DNA of 64,000 nt from the human T2T-CHM13v2.0 reference genome, Homo sapiens: assembly GCF_009914755.1 (NCBI RefSeq), contig NC_060937.1; one strand, written 5' to 3'. The stretch's first letter is position 1, and each line of letters begins with the position of its first letter. A program made the position numbers and the translations under genes. Below, piece after piece: positions 26,928-40,584 of the stretch. The notes under the pieces were generated by a model. The model searched no databases. It had not been told where the DNA came from and was given only the letters and a program-made list of their open reading frames with translations.

Positions 26928-27253
26928 GGCCGGGCGTGGTGTTATCCCAGCACTTCGGGAAGCCGAGGCGGGTGGATCACCTGAGGTCAGGAGTTCGAGA
27001 CCAGCCTGACCAACATGGTGAAACCTCGTCTCTACTAAAAATACAAAATTAGCCAGGCGTGGTGGGGCATGCCTGTAATCCCAGCTACTCAGGAGGCTGA
27101 GGCAGGAGAATTGCTTGAACCTGGGAGGTGAAGGTTGCAGTGAGCCTAGATCACGCCACTGCACTTTAGCCTGGGCAATGAGCGAAACTCCATCTCAAAA
27201 ATAAATAAATAAATAAATAAATACATACATACATACATACATACATACATAAA
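26928..27253 (+). mobile_element. AluSq-like with ~10-bp deletion near the 5' end and (TAAA)n(TACA)n tail
   Basis: Dimeric Alu lacking gctcacgcct; flanked by ACAAGGTATT on both sides. Confidence 0.95.
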
Positions 27254-27520
27254 ACAAGGTATTATAATTTACAGAATGATAGTGGAAAGTGAATGCTTAT
27301 GTACACTAAAATGTGGAGAACCATTCAGAGCTGGCCATGATGGAACCGGTACTAGTTAAAAACACAGATACCCACATTAATTGAGATATAATTTTATTTC
27401 TCCACTCTCTTTGCTTCTTACATAATTATAAGGCAATGTCACAAAGCCTAGGGGAGTAAGAATAATGGAGATGTTTTTGTGACTTTGTTCATTCATGGAA
27501 CATTCTAGTTCTTCATATAA

Positions 27521-27700
27521 CAGTGATTTTCAACTCTGGCCGCACGTTAAAACTAGCTGTGTTCATAACATAGAATGGCCAGGCTCAACCCCATACCTAT
27601 TAAATCACAATCTTTGGGAACGGGTTTAGGACATAAGGAATTTTTTTGAAAAGCTCCTCAAATAACCCTAATATACAACTAAGGACGGTGAGAACTGCCG
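27521..27700. mobile_element. MER5A/B-like hAT-Charlie MITE
   Basis: cagtgattttcaactctggccgcacgtt...cctattaaatcacaatct...aaagctcctcaaataaccctaat...tgagaactgccg. Confidence 0.75.
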
Positions 27701-28451
27701 TCCTAAATCCTGTGGGGTGGTGGCCACTGAGTGATCGAAATATTTTACACATCAAGTTACCAGGTTGAGCATTTCTAAGGTGAGAGGGACTTTTGAGGTT
27801 TTAACATTACCATAGTTAATAGTGTATTGATATCTGTAGAGTCCTATTCTGCTTGTAGTAGCTATTGTCTGTCAGTAGGAACAATGAAGTTTAAGAGCAC
27901 AGAAAAAATCCATGGCATCCCCAAAAGCAAAGTGGGGGGAAAGAAAACTCACCCACTAATAAAGTACCGTAGTTCATGGGGATGCTGACATTTAGAAGAA
28001 CTTTAAATGAGAGTGGTAATGAGGTTACCTAGGTGCTCACTTCCTTTTGTGAAAGATCTTTCCATTATTATGGTAGTCAATAATAAAGCAGTTGACTTGC
28101 TACAGTATTTTCTCCACCAGAACCATTTACCCATCATCCACAATTTTTGTGCTACTTTTCCTTCCCAGAGATCTACATATATTAGACTGGAAACCCTTGG
28201 AGAACAGGGGCACCAACGTTTGCCTACCAGTGGGCCTTTTTCCCCTCTTCTTAATTCATCTGAAATTTTTAACAAAGGCAGTTTAGCAGGATGGTTCTGT
28301 CTTTTTTTCATTCTAAATATCCATATTTAGTGTGGGAAATGTATTGAACTCAATTCATGAAGATACGAAAGTTCAAGCCCTCAATTTTGTTATTTAGTGA
28401 CTTTAACAGTGCTATCTGGGTGAGTTTTTGGTTTTTTTAAAATTATTTTTG

Positions 28452-28631
28452 CTAGTTATGGATAACTAACCCATGGTTTGTATTCAGGGAGTCATAAAAA
28501 ATGGAAACATGTTTATGAATGATTATTCATAATGTTTATGTTCAGTATGTTTATGAATGATTATTCATAAACATGTTTCCATTTTTTATAACTCCCTGAA
28601 TACAAACCATGGGTTGGTTATTCATAACTAG
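28452..28631. repeat. Long palindrome: 69-bp arms, 42-bp spacer
   Basis: 28452-28520 is the reverse complement of 28563-28631 with 3 mismatches. Confidence 0.97.
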
Positions 28632-29925
28632 GAAACTATATGATTATTACATCACCTCTGTCCTCACAACAAAAGAGCTGTACTCTAAGTAGGACCTGAC
28701 AGCCTTTCTAAAGCACATTCCTATTTTTAAAGAATTTTTCAGTGCTTACATTTTTCATAAGATTCATGAGACTATTGAAATGAACTAGAGAAAAGAAAAT
28801 GTCTTTAAATTCATCCTAAGAAACACCGTTTTGCAATTTGCATAGGCCAGAGGACATAAAAATGAAGTTAATTAGTAATTTCCATTACTTTTATAAATCT
28901 GCTACGATTCTGCCAATTGTATTAAATTTTATAGTCATATAATTTGTAGAACCTTTTGAGGAGGGAATATTGATTTTACCCACTGTTTTTCTTTATTTCT
29001 TTGCAAATGTTGAAATAGTAACAAAACTAAACTAACTGGCTTACAGTGCACTTGAAATGCAATATAATGTCTCAGAAAAGCTGTGGACCAGAACTTTGCA
29101 CAGGAATTTGAGCCCCTCGAGTGTGGGCATTATGATTTTCTTCTGATTTGCTTTTACAAAGGGGATCCTGTTTCATCTTTCTTCTCAGGACTGTGTCTCA
29201 CTAGCATTTAGAGTGTCAGAAGAAATTTCAAGATTCGTTCTGAGTTTTTGCTCCTTCTACTGCAGATACAGAAGAAAAAAAAAAAACATATATTTACAGA
29301 ACAGAAGGTGGAGTGTTTTTTAGTATCTCAGCTTTCCAGTTTAGTCTTTAAAATTATTCAGATAACCAGACCTGTATGTGTGCACATAATAAATCTGCAC
29401 TTCCATATTTAGAAAGTGCTTATTCAATTCTGAAGCAGTATGCTTTTAAAAGGCAATGTCTAATAGACACTTCTCAAAATAATATTGATTCCTATCATTA
29501 AAGGTAACCAATTTTGTTGGCTCTGCAAAAATTACACAAAGAAAAAATGCTAGAGAAAAAACACATAAAACCTTTGTTTGAGTGAAATTATTTTTCACGT
29601 AGTCCAATAAAGCAATATATTTATGAAGCTATGGTGTATGTCCTGTCTTGAAAACTTTTGTCATAAAATGGATGGCATCAGTCTTTAGCCTGATGAATCT
29701 TTCAGAGTGTCATAGCTCACCTAGTGATCAGAGTTATGGGAAACTAGTTATTACGTTCTAATCCTCCCAGGCCAAACAAAATGAGAGAACACTGAAGACA
29801 TCAGAAATTATGAATCGCTAAACTTTGTGACCTACACAACAGTAACACGTAAGAGAAAGGAAATGGTTTTTGTCAACAAATGGGTAAAGAGTTTAAGGGG
29901 AAAAGAAACTGAGCAGAGATACATG

Positions 29926-30010
29926 TATTAGCCTGAACCATAAGAAACTGACATCTTTTGTTGGTCAAAGATTGTCAACTACCAATAATCTTTGAAAGTT
30001 CAAACTAATA
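29926..30010. mobile_element. MADE2-like mariner MITE
   Basis: About 80 bp with terminal inverted repeats tattagcctgaacc...gttcaaactaata and TA ends. Confidence 0.8.
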
Positions 30011-31430
30011 ACAAAAGCTGCAAAAGTACATGTTTGGCATAAAACGCCTCCTCTTTCTTCTGTAGCTGAATTGTTTTACCTTCTCTTTTCCTATATCAAA
30101 AAGGAAATAAACTAAAAATAAACCAATAAACAAACATAAAAAGGAAAAATTTAAAAATAAAAAAGAGTGATATGAGACACAAAGAGAGTAAAGAGATTAG
30201 AAATTGACACGGAGGACAATGTAGATATACACAACAATTAAAAAGGAATTGAAGAAAAAATAAAAAGTGAAGCAATGCACAAAATACAAAAAGTGAACAC
30301 GATGGCTGGAAAAATAATGATATTTCACATGGCAAAACGACATGTAAAAATAACCTATTTTGTATCGCTAACTACTGCCAGAATCAGTGTTACTGGCAAT
30401 TTGATCACTGGAATTTAAAAAAGGAAGTGCTGAATTTTAAATTGAGCTGATAAAAATAAATAAAATAAAAATAAAAAAGGAAGTGCCTTCTGATTTGATT
30501 ATGTGTATTATTCAAACCCTCACTTCTTTTCATGGAATGATGTTTATATGTGAAGAATAAGACATACATTAATGAAAAAATTCATATCTATTTTTGATCC
30601 ACCGATAATGTTTCTTATGATTAAGTATTTCTAATAAAAATAGTTTTGCTTTTCACTAACTCCCCCAAACAGTAAAAAGTGTGCTTATTTTGGAACTAAT
30701 ATGCTAAATTAAAAATGAATCAGATGCCAATATAAACAGAAAATGGGAGAGCAAAACACAGACAGTTGAGTAAGGAGAGGCACCAGACGGAGAAATGTTA
30801 TACATAAAGAAATAGGAAAAAGAACACAGACATTTATACAGTGGAAGATGTGTAGCTTTTTAATTAAAAATGATCACAGATGCAATTCTGCAAACACTTT
30901 GCACAATGAATTTCAAAGTACACAACCTTTATGTTTTTTTCTATAAGAAAGTTTTTTTTGTTAAATGCAAAGAATTTTAAATTATATTTCTATTATGTAA
31001 AAAAACAAAACAAAACTATTCCTTGTAGCTTTTGAGTTTCCACAGGCATCGTTAAGAACCTCAGAGCCTGATAAAATAATACATCCAAAGAAAACATGTA
31101 ATTAATTTTTACCTAAATACACTAGTGTACTTACTTAACTTTTACAATAATAAGATTAAAAGTAACAGTAATTTTCTGGGTATGATAACTGTCTGAATAA
31201 AAAACAAAAATAGTAACATAATCATCTTTAAACCATAGGTTTCTTTGGTTACTCCATTAATATTTTCATCCACGTAGTTTAAATAAAATTGTAAATGGCA
31301 TCCTAGTGTGTAACATTTGTAAAGATGAACCAACACGACCAAACATTTGCAAATGAATCTTAAAAAGTCATTTAAGTAGCAGTGTATCTTCTACCAACTA
31401 TGTAACTGGTGGCCTGAGGTTGTCACTTAC

Positions 31431-31541
31431 TAGAATTAGTGCTGTCATCCTTGGTTCCATCGAGAGCTCCATCGGGGTGCATTTGCAAGTAGTAGCCTTG
31501 CCTGCAATATAACCTGGTCACTATACCCTTGAGCTGGGGAT
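31431..31541 (-). CDS. FGF14: FGF14 coding exon 2 (111 nt, phase 1 to phase 1)
   Basis: Minus strand reads tgcctttcag|ATCCCCAGCTC...AATTCTA|gtaagtgac and translates to (D)[36 protein letters not shown], recognised as the start of the FGF14 core domain. Canonical AG/GT sites. Confidence 0.98.
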
Positions 31542-33599
31542 CTGAAAGGCAAACATAGTTATCATAAGCCTCACAATGTGTCACCATAGTTTCCTTTATC
31601 TTTTCTGTTTCTCTTTCTTTTTTCAGAAGAGGACATTTTATACAAGTAGCATATTTTATTTTGTCTCTCAGATTCTTCTGTGTTTTATCAAACCTGCAGT
31701 ATTCTATTTATAGAAGGTAAAGGAAATGCAGTAGTAAGCCACAGAAACAGGCTGTTTTATAAAACTGGTATATGCATATTTAAATTATTAATTAAAACTA
31801 TTAAACTAATTAAGCTGTCAGTTTAATTATTAGTTTAAACTATAAACGAATTATTATAAACAATATTATCATTCATGATGGCAGGACAAGAATTTTGCAA
31901 ACTGGTGACTCTCAGAAATTTTATTAAAAGGTTTTTTAATGGAGTTCTCCTTTTACTTAAGTTGACAAGTATTCCCAAAATTAAAAACAAACAAAACAAA
32001 AAATACCTATATTTTAAAAACATTCATACTAACATATGATACATATTCTTAGGAAAAGCCCCAATTTGGAGAAAACCCCTGGATGTGTGAAGGGTCATTG
32101 TTACTTCCATGGAAGTATCTGTGCTGCTTAGACATATTCACAGGAAAACGGAAAACTCTACTTGTGAGCTCAGGGGAAACACAGCAAACCCACGCATATG
32201 AGGTCAGCTCTGAGGCAATCAAATAGAGAAATTAGACAAATTAAACTGCTAAACTCATTAACTTGTATAACTAAAAAGGACAGTCAAGTTATACAATATG
32301 AAATCTGATTCTTTGTCAACGGGCATTGAGATAGAGGGCAGTGGAAGTTTATTTAAACAAAAAGGGAAATCATGTGGTAATAGATCCTCATTTGATGATT
32401 CATTGAAAAGACATCCACTCTAGTAATCCAGTGCTTCACAAAGAGTCAGTTGTACCTTTGAAAACAAATATTTGCATGTGGTTTTGCAAAAGCCATCCCC
32501 ATCTCAGGGATAGATTGGATGTGGGACATCATAATCTTCACCATGGCAACTGGCATCTCTCCACAACAGCTGAATGGGCCATGCTAATGCAATCCGCTGT
32601 CGAAACAGTCGGACGTTACTGAGTAATGAAACCTAGCACCTTATAATCAATAGAAAAATTGTGGTCTTGCAAATAGGTGAAGACAAAAAAATTTTTTTGA
32701 GAGCTATCCTTAAGCTCTTTATTAGTCCTGAAGAAATTACAAAGAATTTCAGTATCTATTTCTATGCACATCATTTAAAACTGATCATTTGAGACGTGAC
32801 TCCATTGTACCTAGACTTGCTTCATAGATGGTATAATATTGGAAAAATCCTTTTGGAAAATAATGCACGAACAGCAGATCATCACAACATCAGTGTGACT
32901 AGCTGTATTAGAATATGAAAGCTTTTAAAAGAGTAGGATTTTAAAAATAAATATCTAAGTGATTATTGCATTGCGTTACATATGTTCCTTATTCTGTAGT
33001 ATATAACTTCCCAAATCACATAATTCTAAGATATGCACTAGTGGAAAAAAAATACTATTGTGCCTAAGTCTGCCCATCACCTGGAAGACCTGACTGGGCT
33101 AAGTACTAAAGACTTCTTCCTTAGTTTTGCTGTATTTTATTTATGCTCTTCACTGAAAATATGTAGCATGGAAAAGAAGCGAATAAAAGCAAAAAGAGTT
33201 AAAAACATGAAAAAGAGAATTTTTTATTACTCTCTTGTCAAGAAAAAAAATGAGAATATTAGTGATTTACAATTTTTCTGTAAAACTTTTATGTTCTGAC
33301 ATCACTTATTCCTAAGCAGTCTCCTATTTGAGCTACTCTGTCTTCTGGAGTTGAATTAACTAGATCAGGCGAGGCAGTGAGAAGCCACCTACCCACCCAC
33401 TCACACACGCCCTCATGCTTATACAGAGAGATTTGGGATTATGCCTCATTTTGGGTGAGGGAGCACAAATAAAATGTAAAATTATGTTTTTCTCCTTTAA
33501 CTTCGAGAAAATACAACCAAATTGATTTTGATTCATCTGGTTACATATTGTTTGACGTTTTTCCTTTTTAGAAATCATAACGCCATTGATTCTATTCTT

Positions 33600-33820
33600 C
33601 TCAGGTGCCAGGCATTATTAGAAGCACATTCTATTATTAACTCTTGGATCCTCACCATTACCTTACTTAATAGAAGCCCACTTGGAGGATGAAGAAATCG
33701 AGACACAGAGCAATTAAGTAGTAATAATATGACAAAGGGTACATAACCAGTAAGTTAACAGCTGGAATCTGATCACTCAGCTCTGGACCCTGCCCACTTA
33801 ACTGCTACCTAATGCAGCCT
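33600..33820 (-). mobile_element. MIR
   Basis: gtgccaggcatt...gatgaagaaatcgagacacagagcaattaagta...cttaactgctacctaatgcagcct. Confidence 0.8.
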
Positions 33821-34139
33821 GTACAAGCGGAATAATTGAACTAAAATGTCTTCAACACTAAAAATAAAATGCAAATCAAATCTGTTTAAAAAACCAAAAC
33901 CAACTTGTATTTTGAAGATTAACTGCCACTGTGTCTAAACCCAAATCCTGCTAGCCAGAGCTGAATTTGTGATTACAAAGCAGTAACGCAAAGGTTAGAA
34001 AGGATCAAAGATCTTGAAAAACCTCTTCTCAGATCCATCTCACTTTTCCATTGGCCACATTTCCAATACATCTCTGCCCCATTAAAACCTTACCAAAATT
34101 GCTAGTTCAGTACTATAAGTTTAAAACAAATGGGTTGCT

Positions 34140-34660
34140 CAATTCCTTTTGATGCATCTTCCGCATCTCTCGCTCTTTTTCTTTTTTTCTATTTTCACTG
34201 CCAGCCCCTCATTACCTCTCTTAGGTGGTCTTCCCACCTGCAGTTTTCCTTTTCAAATCCTTCATGTCTGGAAATATGCAGTGACTCTTCACCATCCACT
34301 GAGTTACGTATGCACCTTACCGCAGTAAGGCCCTATCTTATCTGATGGCTCTGCTCACTATAGCCCTTATCCATCCCCTGCAAGTAGCCTCACCTGGGTC
34401 ACTGTGGGTTACCTATAAATATTCCATAATTTCCCACATCTATCCTGTTCCCTTAACCTTATCTGTCTCAAATATGGCCACCTGCATTAAAATGCCCCTT
34501 TGCACATCTGTGTAGGCATGCACCCACATGCACACACCTTTGCAGAGCTGCCTCCTTTTCCTCCTCCCCACTCTGGTTCTATCAACACGTCCATTTCCTC
34601 AAGAGCACTTTCCTGAAACTTCAGATGACATCAAATTCTTCCTTTGGACAATTTTATGGT
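34140..34660 (+). mobile_element. L2 fragment(s)
   Basis: Pyrimidine-rich L2-like sequence (aaggccctatcttatctgatggctctgctc..., ccatttcctcaagagcactttcctga). Confidence 0.5.
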
Positions 34661-36537
34661 AATTTTATGGTATCATAGGTGAATGTGTAGCAATTTATGT
34701 GTTCCTGGTTAAGTAGATTTATAAGTTATATTATCTAGTTTACCTAAAGTTAGAATAGTTTAGGGGGAAAAATCCCATAGAGAGAATAAGGATTAGAGGT
34801 GATACGAATAAAATAAGCTAAAATAAACACAAAACAAATAACAAAGATGAGATTTTTCTTTTACATGGATTTTGTGGTTAAAAACAAGTATAGAAACTAG
34901 TAACAAAAACAAATGATGATCTATTGAAATCTAACATGAAATTAGCCAAAAGAGTTTGAAAATGTAAAGACAATCTGAAATATAGTTACTAGGATAAAAA
35001 ATGAAACTTCATCCTAAATGCACATACCTTCAGATATAAAAGTGTGGAAATATTACATGTGTAAGACAAACATGTATTAATGTAATATGTAAAAATACAT
35101 GTAATATGTAAAAAAATGCTCATTTTTTTCAATAAACTGATAGAATAAGAAGGCTTGCATGATATTTTTCTAGTAAACGTTAAATACAAGGCCTACAAGA
35201 ACAAGTATTTTTGTTTTAAATACTGATGTATCCCAAAGTCTTACAATACAGATTCCCAATGAATAATTGAAAAATAAATATCTAAAGTCCTACACCTATA
35301 TTTTAGCTAGCCATGCAAAAATGCAAAATACTTTTTAACTCATAAAATTATTAGTTCTTTATTCTCTTCTGAAACATTCGTGTTCAGAATACCTACTCTG
35401 CTTAAGAAAATATAAAAACTTAGAATCTCTTCTTTGCCTGTCTTAATTCCCCTTTTCCTCCAGTTTTGTCTTTTATTTTCTATTTAGTGTGCCTGATAAT
35501 TTTACTAAAAACGTTTTGAAGATACTCCTTGCACAAAACTCTGTGCTAACAATGATCTGTGATATTAAAATAGAAATAATGAAAACTAATGTGCATACAT
35601 ATCAAGAAAAAAAGATGTTTCATAATATATTACCCTCAACACTCAGAACTGAAAGAAATGCAAATCAGTCCGACTGCCTTCAGATTCAGGGGAAAAATAC
35701 ACAACATTTTTAATTAAAACACTCATTCTCTTAGAAATGAGTTCAATTAAATTAAACACCGTCATAAATGGTTTTCATGCAATGGGAAGACTGGCGAAAG
35801 AAGAATCAGGATAACCAATCAAATGGTGTACTTATTTTAAATTATGATTTAAATGGAAAAATGTACACTATGACATATGTTTTTCTGTAGCAAATACATT
35901 AATGTATATACATCATACGAACTATGTTTATATACACATAAATCTCAGTACTAATTGGTTATCAGTATAGGTTCTTAAACGTAAGTTCTCTTCTATTAGC
36001 TATGGAAAAAAATCACACATTTTTATAGGGTAAAAACAACTTTTGTAATGTACATTTTTGCAGAAAAAAATGTGGCAGATCTAATTAGATTTTGGCACTC
36101 CCAGTAGCAGAAAATAGTATTTGAATAATTTGCTTAAAGATATATATTATCATATAATCCAACCACAAAAATAAACTGTGTCCAGGAACTTTTCCAAAGG
36201 ACTGAGAAAATAAAGGTGGGATAGGGACACTAAGGAAAATGATAGATAAAATTAAAGGCATGGGAAAATTTGCTATCTTTGTTTATCCCTTAAGATTACA
36301 TTGAATTTCCTTTATGGATTGACCCAATGCTACCTCGAGAACCCCTTCCCTCTAGGAACCTGGTTCCAGTTACTTCAGAGTGATTACCCAACTCACGGTC
36401 CCATTCCAATGTACTATTATGTGTGTTAAATTTTAACACTTCTTCCACAGGCTAGAATAGCTCTCCACCACTTCTCTGCCTATCAGAATCCTATGTCTGC
36501 AGGCACTAGAGATAGCATCTGGCATTAACAACAAACA

Positions 36538-36855
36538 GGCCAGGCACAGTGGCTCACGCCTGTAATCCCAGCACTTTGGGAGGCTGAGGTGGGCAGATCA
36601 CCTGAGTTCAGGAGTTCGAGACCAGCCTGACCAACATGGAGAAACCCCATCTCTACTAAAAATACAAAATTAGCCGGGCATGGTGGCACACGCTTGTAAT
36701 CCCAGCTATTCTGGAGGCTGAGGCATGAGAATCGCTTGAACCCGGGAGGCAGAGATTGTGGTGAGCTGAGCGCACCATTGCACTCTAGCCTGGGCAACAA
36801 GAGCAAAACTCCATCTCAAAAACAAACTAACAACAACAAAAATAAACAAATGAAA
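36538..36855 (+). mobile_element. AluSp inserted in an L2 fragment
   Basis: Diagnostic gaccaacatggagaaacccc, cattgcac and aacaagagc. Downstream flank cttgccctcaaagagttt is L2-like. Confidence 0.93.
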
Positions 36856-39800
36856 AACCCAAACAGCTCTTGCCCTCAAAGAGTTTGCTGTTTATTGAGG
36901 AGAGGAAAGAAACTATAATATGGCTTTATATCAATCAGCCATGTGTTAAATTAGCGGGTTTGCATGTCTTTCTGCTCTGCAAATAAATGATAAATCCCTT
37001 GATAATTTGCATATTACTCAAAATAACCTACCACGGTGCTTGCCACAGAACAGATGCTCAAATAGTATTTATTGAACCGAATTCACTTTCTGTTTTGTTT
37101 TTAAAGTGGCTATATATCTATAAATGGTTTTTGAGGCAAAATGAATTTTTTATATTGTATTTAAGAGTTGGAGAAAAGCATGCTTGAGCTAAAGATAAAT
37201 GTGGGTTTTGAAACGGAAACACAAATAATTTTAAGCTTTTTAACTACTGTAGCTAAAACATTTCCTCTAGGTAAAGTATATTAAGAGAATGACTATGGGT
37301 AAAGACTTTTTCTAGGGGAAAATGTTTGAAGAGATCATTAAAGGGAAGGGAGACTGTAAGAATCCTGCTTAATACTTGACCCTTATCTCCAAGGAACAGA
37401 CTTAACAGGAGTATCTTGGGATTCCTAGCCCAGGGTTGAACTCTCACTAGCTTTTTGAATATCCAGTGTATATAAACTACAGAAGGAAGGAAATCTTTGG
37501 AACTCAGAAAAGCACTCTTTCCAACACTATTTTCTAATGAAATTTTCTCATTGCAAAGTTCTAACATATTAGAAACACATTGGAGCTCTCATGGCCCACA
37601 CAATCCAGAAATGGACAATAAAATGGCCAAAATATCAAATCTATTGTCCCACCTTATTTATTCATCACATACAAAGATGAATAATTGTATGATAAAACAT
37701 CGTGTGCTTTGGCCTACTAATTTATTATTTTTAAGTTGTAATTACATATTTTCCAAATTAAATCCTAAATATCAATTATGTAATTGCAAAATACAATCAG
37801 CAAAATTCTTGTGCATATTTAAGTAAGAAAAGAAAGAAAAGCACGTATCTTTTGGTGATAACATTTGGGATCCAAGTCAATCCATCACTTACAATCACAT
37901 CTAGAAAAAGCTTTCCTGATTCTATATTGTGCCAGGAATTCCTGATTTGTGAATGATTTCATTTGCTCCTTCCCAGAACACAAGCGCACCAGCAAAGAAG
38001 CTGTATGCTCTGTCTGAGGTGCTGGTGTGTCGCTCAAGTGCCGGCTGTGGCACTGACAGATGTGGGTGTGTTACTCATCTTCAGACTCCTTGTTAATATG
38101 TCAATGACACCAAACACTAAAAGACACTTATGGTACTTTCAGGAACTTTTATGTATCCTTCTATTAACATAAACATTAGTAAGGACTACACTGCCAGCTG
38201 AGAGAGTACATATGTCCCAGATTATGAAGCAAAGAGGATTTTATGTAAGTTCTTAAATGCTATTGTCATCTAAAGAGGGAAATATGAGATAATTCAGTTT
38301 AATTGTTATCTAAATACTATTCTTTTTTTAACTGTAGATACAGTATTATGTTAAATTTAATACACAGATTTAACATATTCAGCTAAAACACTACGAAGAA
38401 TGATTCACTTCTCCTTTCGGAAACTAGAAATAGGATTCCCTAAATTTAAAGAATCTGAAGAAAAACTGCTGCTTGATTCATTCACAGAATTTTCCACAGC
38501 CAGTTAAACCTATAGCAGACCGTATTAATTTGTTCTTCAGCTGCCATTACATTGTCTGAAATACAGAATTAGCATGACAAAAAGTAGATGTTAAAGAACC
38601 AAAGACATCTGTCGAAAAAAAAATGCATTTTTATGTAACAAAATTCAGAATCAAAAGCCTTTCAGGGAAAGTTATATTGCATCAGGATATTGCATTAACC
38701 ATGAAAACAAGAATTACACCAGATGTGCAGTTTTATCTATTTCTTCAGATAAATAGTAGAGCAGTAAACTGGGAACTTTGTCTGAAAAAAATATATTTTC
38801 TGTTTTTTTTTTTTATACATTTGCTTTAGAGCCAGGAAGCATTTCTTTAAATGTTTTATGTTAAAAAAATAAGCAGTGGGTGAATTTAAGAAAATAACTG
38901 CACATGGCAAGGACTGATCTATTCATCCTCCAGAGTTGAGGCTCATATATTTAAGAAGTAACATTTTGGAGCAAGAATATCACTCATCTTGTCTGTTCAT
39001 ATCTAGAACTATTTAGAGACCTCCACCTAATGGGTAGATAGTTGGAAATGATAGTGATAAACACTTTAAAGCTACTTCCATTTAAAGAAAGGTACAAACA
39101 TCTGAGCTCTGTTCCCTTCTGAGTTTCTTTTCCAGACATTTGTCTTCTAGCTGCTTCTGGGAGGAGATGGGAGTGATAAAATTTTTTTTTTATTAATAAT
39201 CCTCTCTACAGAATCTCCCAAACAGCAAGGGAAGGAGAAGAAAAGAGGCGGCATTCAGAGATACGATACCTATGAATCCAAGTAGACATCTACACTTTTA
39301 ACCAGACAGGAAAAACATTTAAACCAGATGTTATGTACAGAAAGAAAGAAAAGAATACTCCTGGAAATCAGTGTGAAAATTTCATGAAGGATACTGTAGC
39401 ATTTGCTCTTGAATTCAGTTGCAACCAGTTATATGCATCTCTAAAACCCAAAGTTTCTCCTTATTTTATCACCAGGAAGTGATGCCTCTTGACCATTTTT
39501 ATTTATTAAGGCTTAAAATTTTAGAAAGGCAGTTCATAACATCACCCTTAATCAATCTTACAGACACATCTATCTCTAGAATTCTGCAACACAGCCACAG
39601 AAATACAACATTTTACATTGGAAAACAGGAGGAGAAATCCTTTCTATGTTTTGTTTAAGCATGTTTTCAAATGCCAAGATATTTAACTTGCTCCTTTAGG
39701 AGGCATTTACTGTGAATCTACTTTGTTCCAAGCGTTTTGTTAGGAGCTGAGAGGAATTTACAACCAAAGCAGATTGCTGTCAATTGTCCACATCATCATT

Positions 39801-39864
39801 AAACCAATAGCATGATGTGAGTCCTAAAACAATGAGGCTGTATAAACAGAAAGGTAATATCCAG

Positions 39865-40470
<606 letters not shown>

Positions 40471-40584
40471 TCTAGGTGGACATCCCAGTGTTCTCAGACC
40501 ACCCCTGATACAAACACACAGTGAAGGGGCACTGACAGATGAGAGGAGAGTGACAGACAGGGTGGGCCTGGGGAAAACCGTGTA

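Larger units (their letters stand above)
25074..31430 (-). other. FGF14: FGF14 intron 2 (6357 nt)
   Basis: GT...AG interval between the two in-frame exons. Confidence 0.95.

Noticed and set aside
31790-31840. Short AT-rich hairpin (ttaaactaat...attagtttaa)
   Set aside because: Short and low-complexity; expected by chance in AT-rich DNA.
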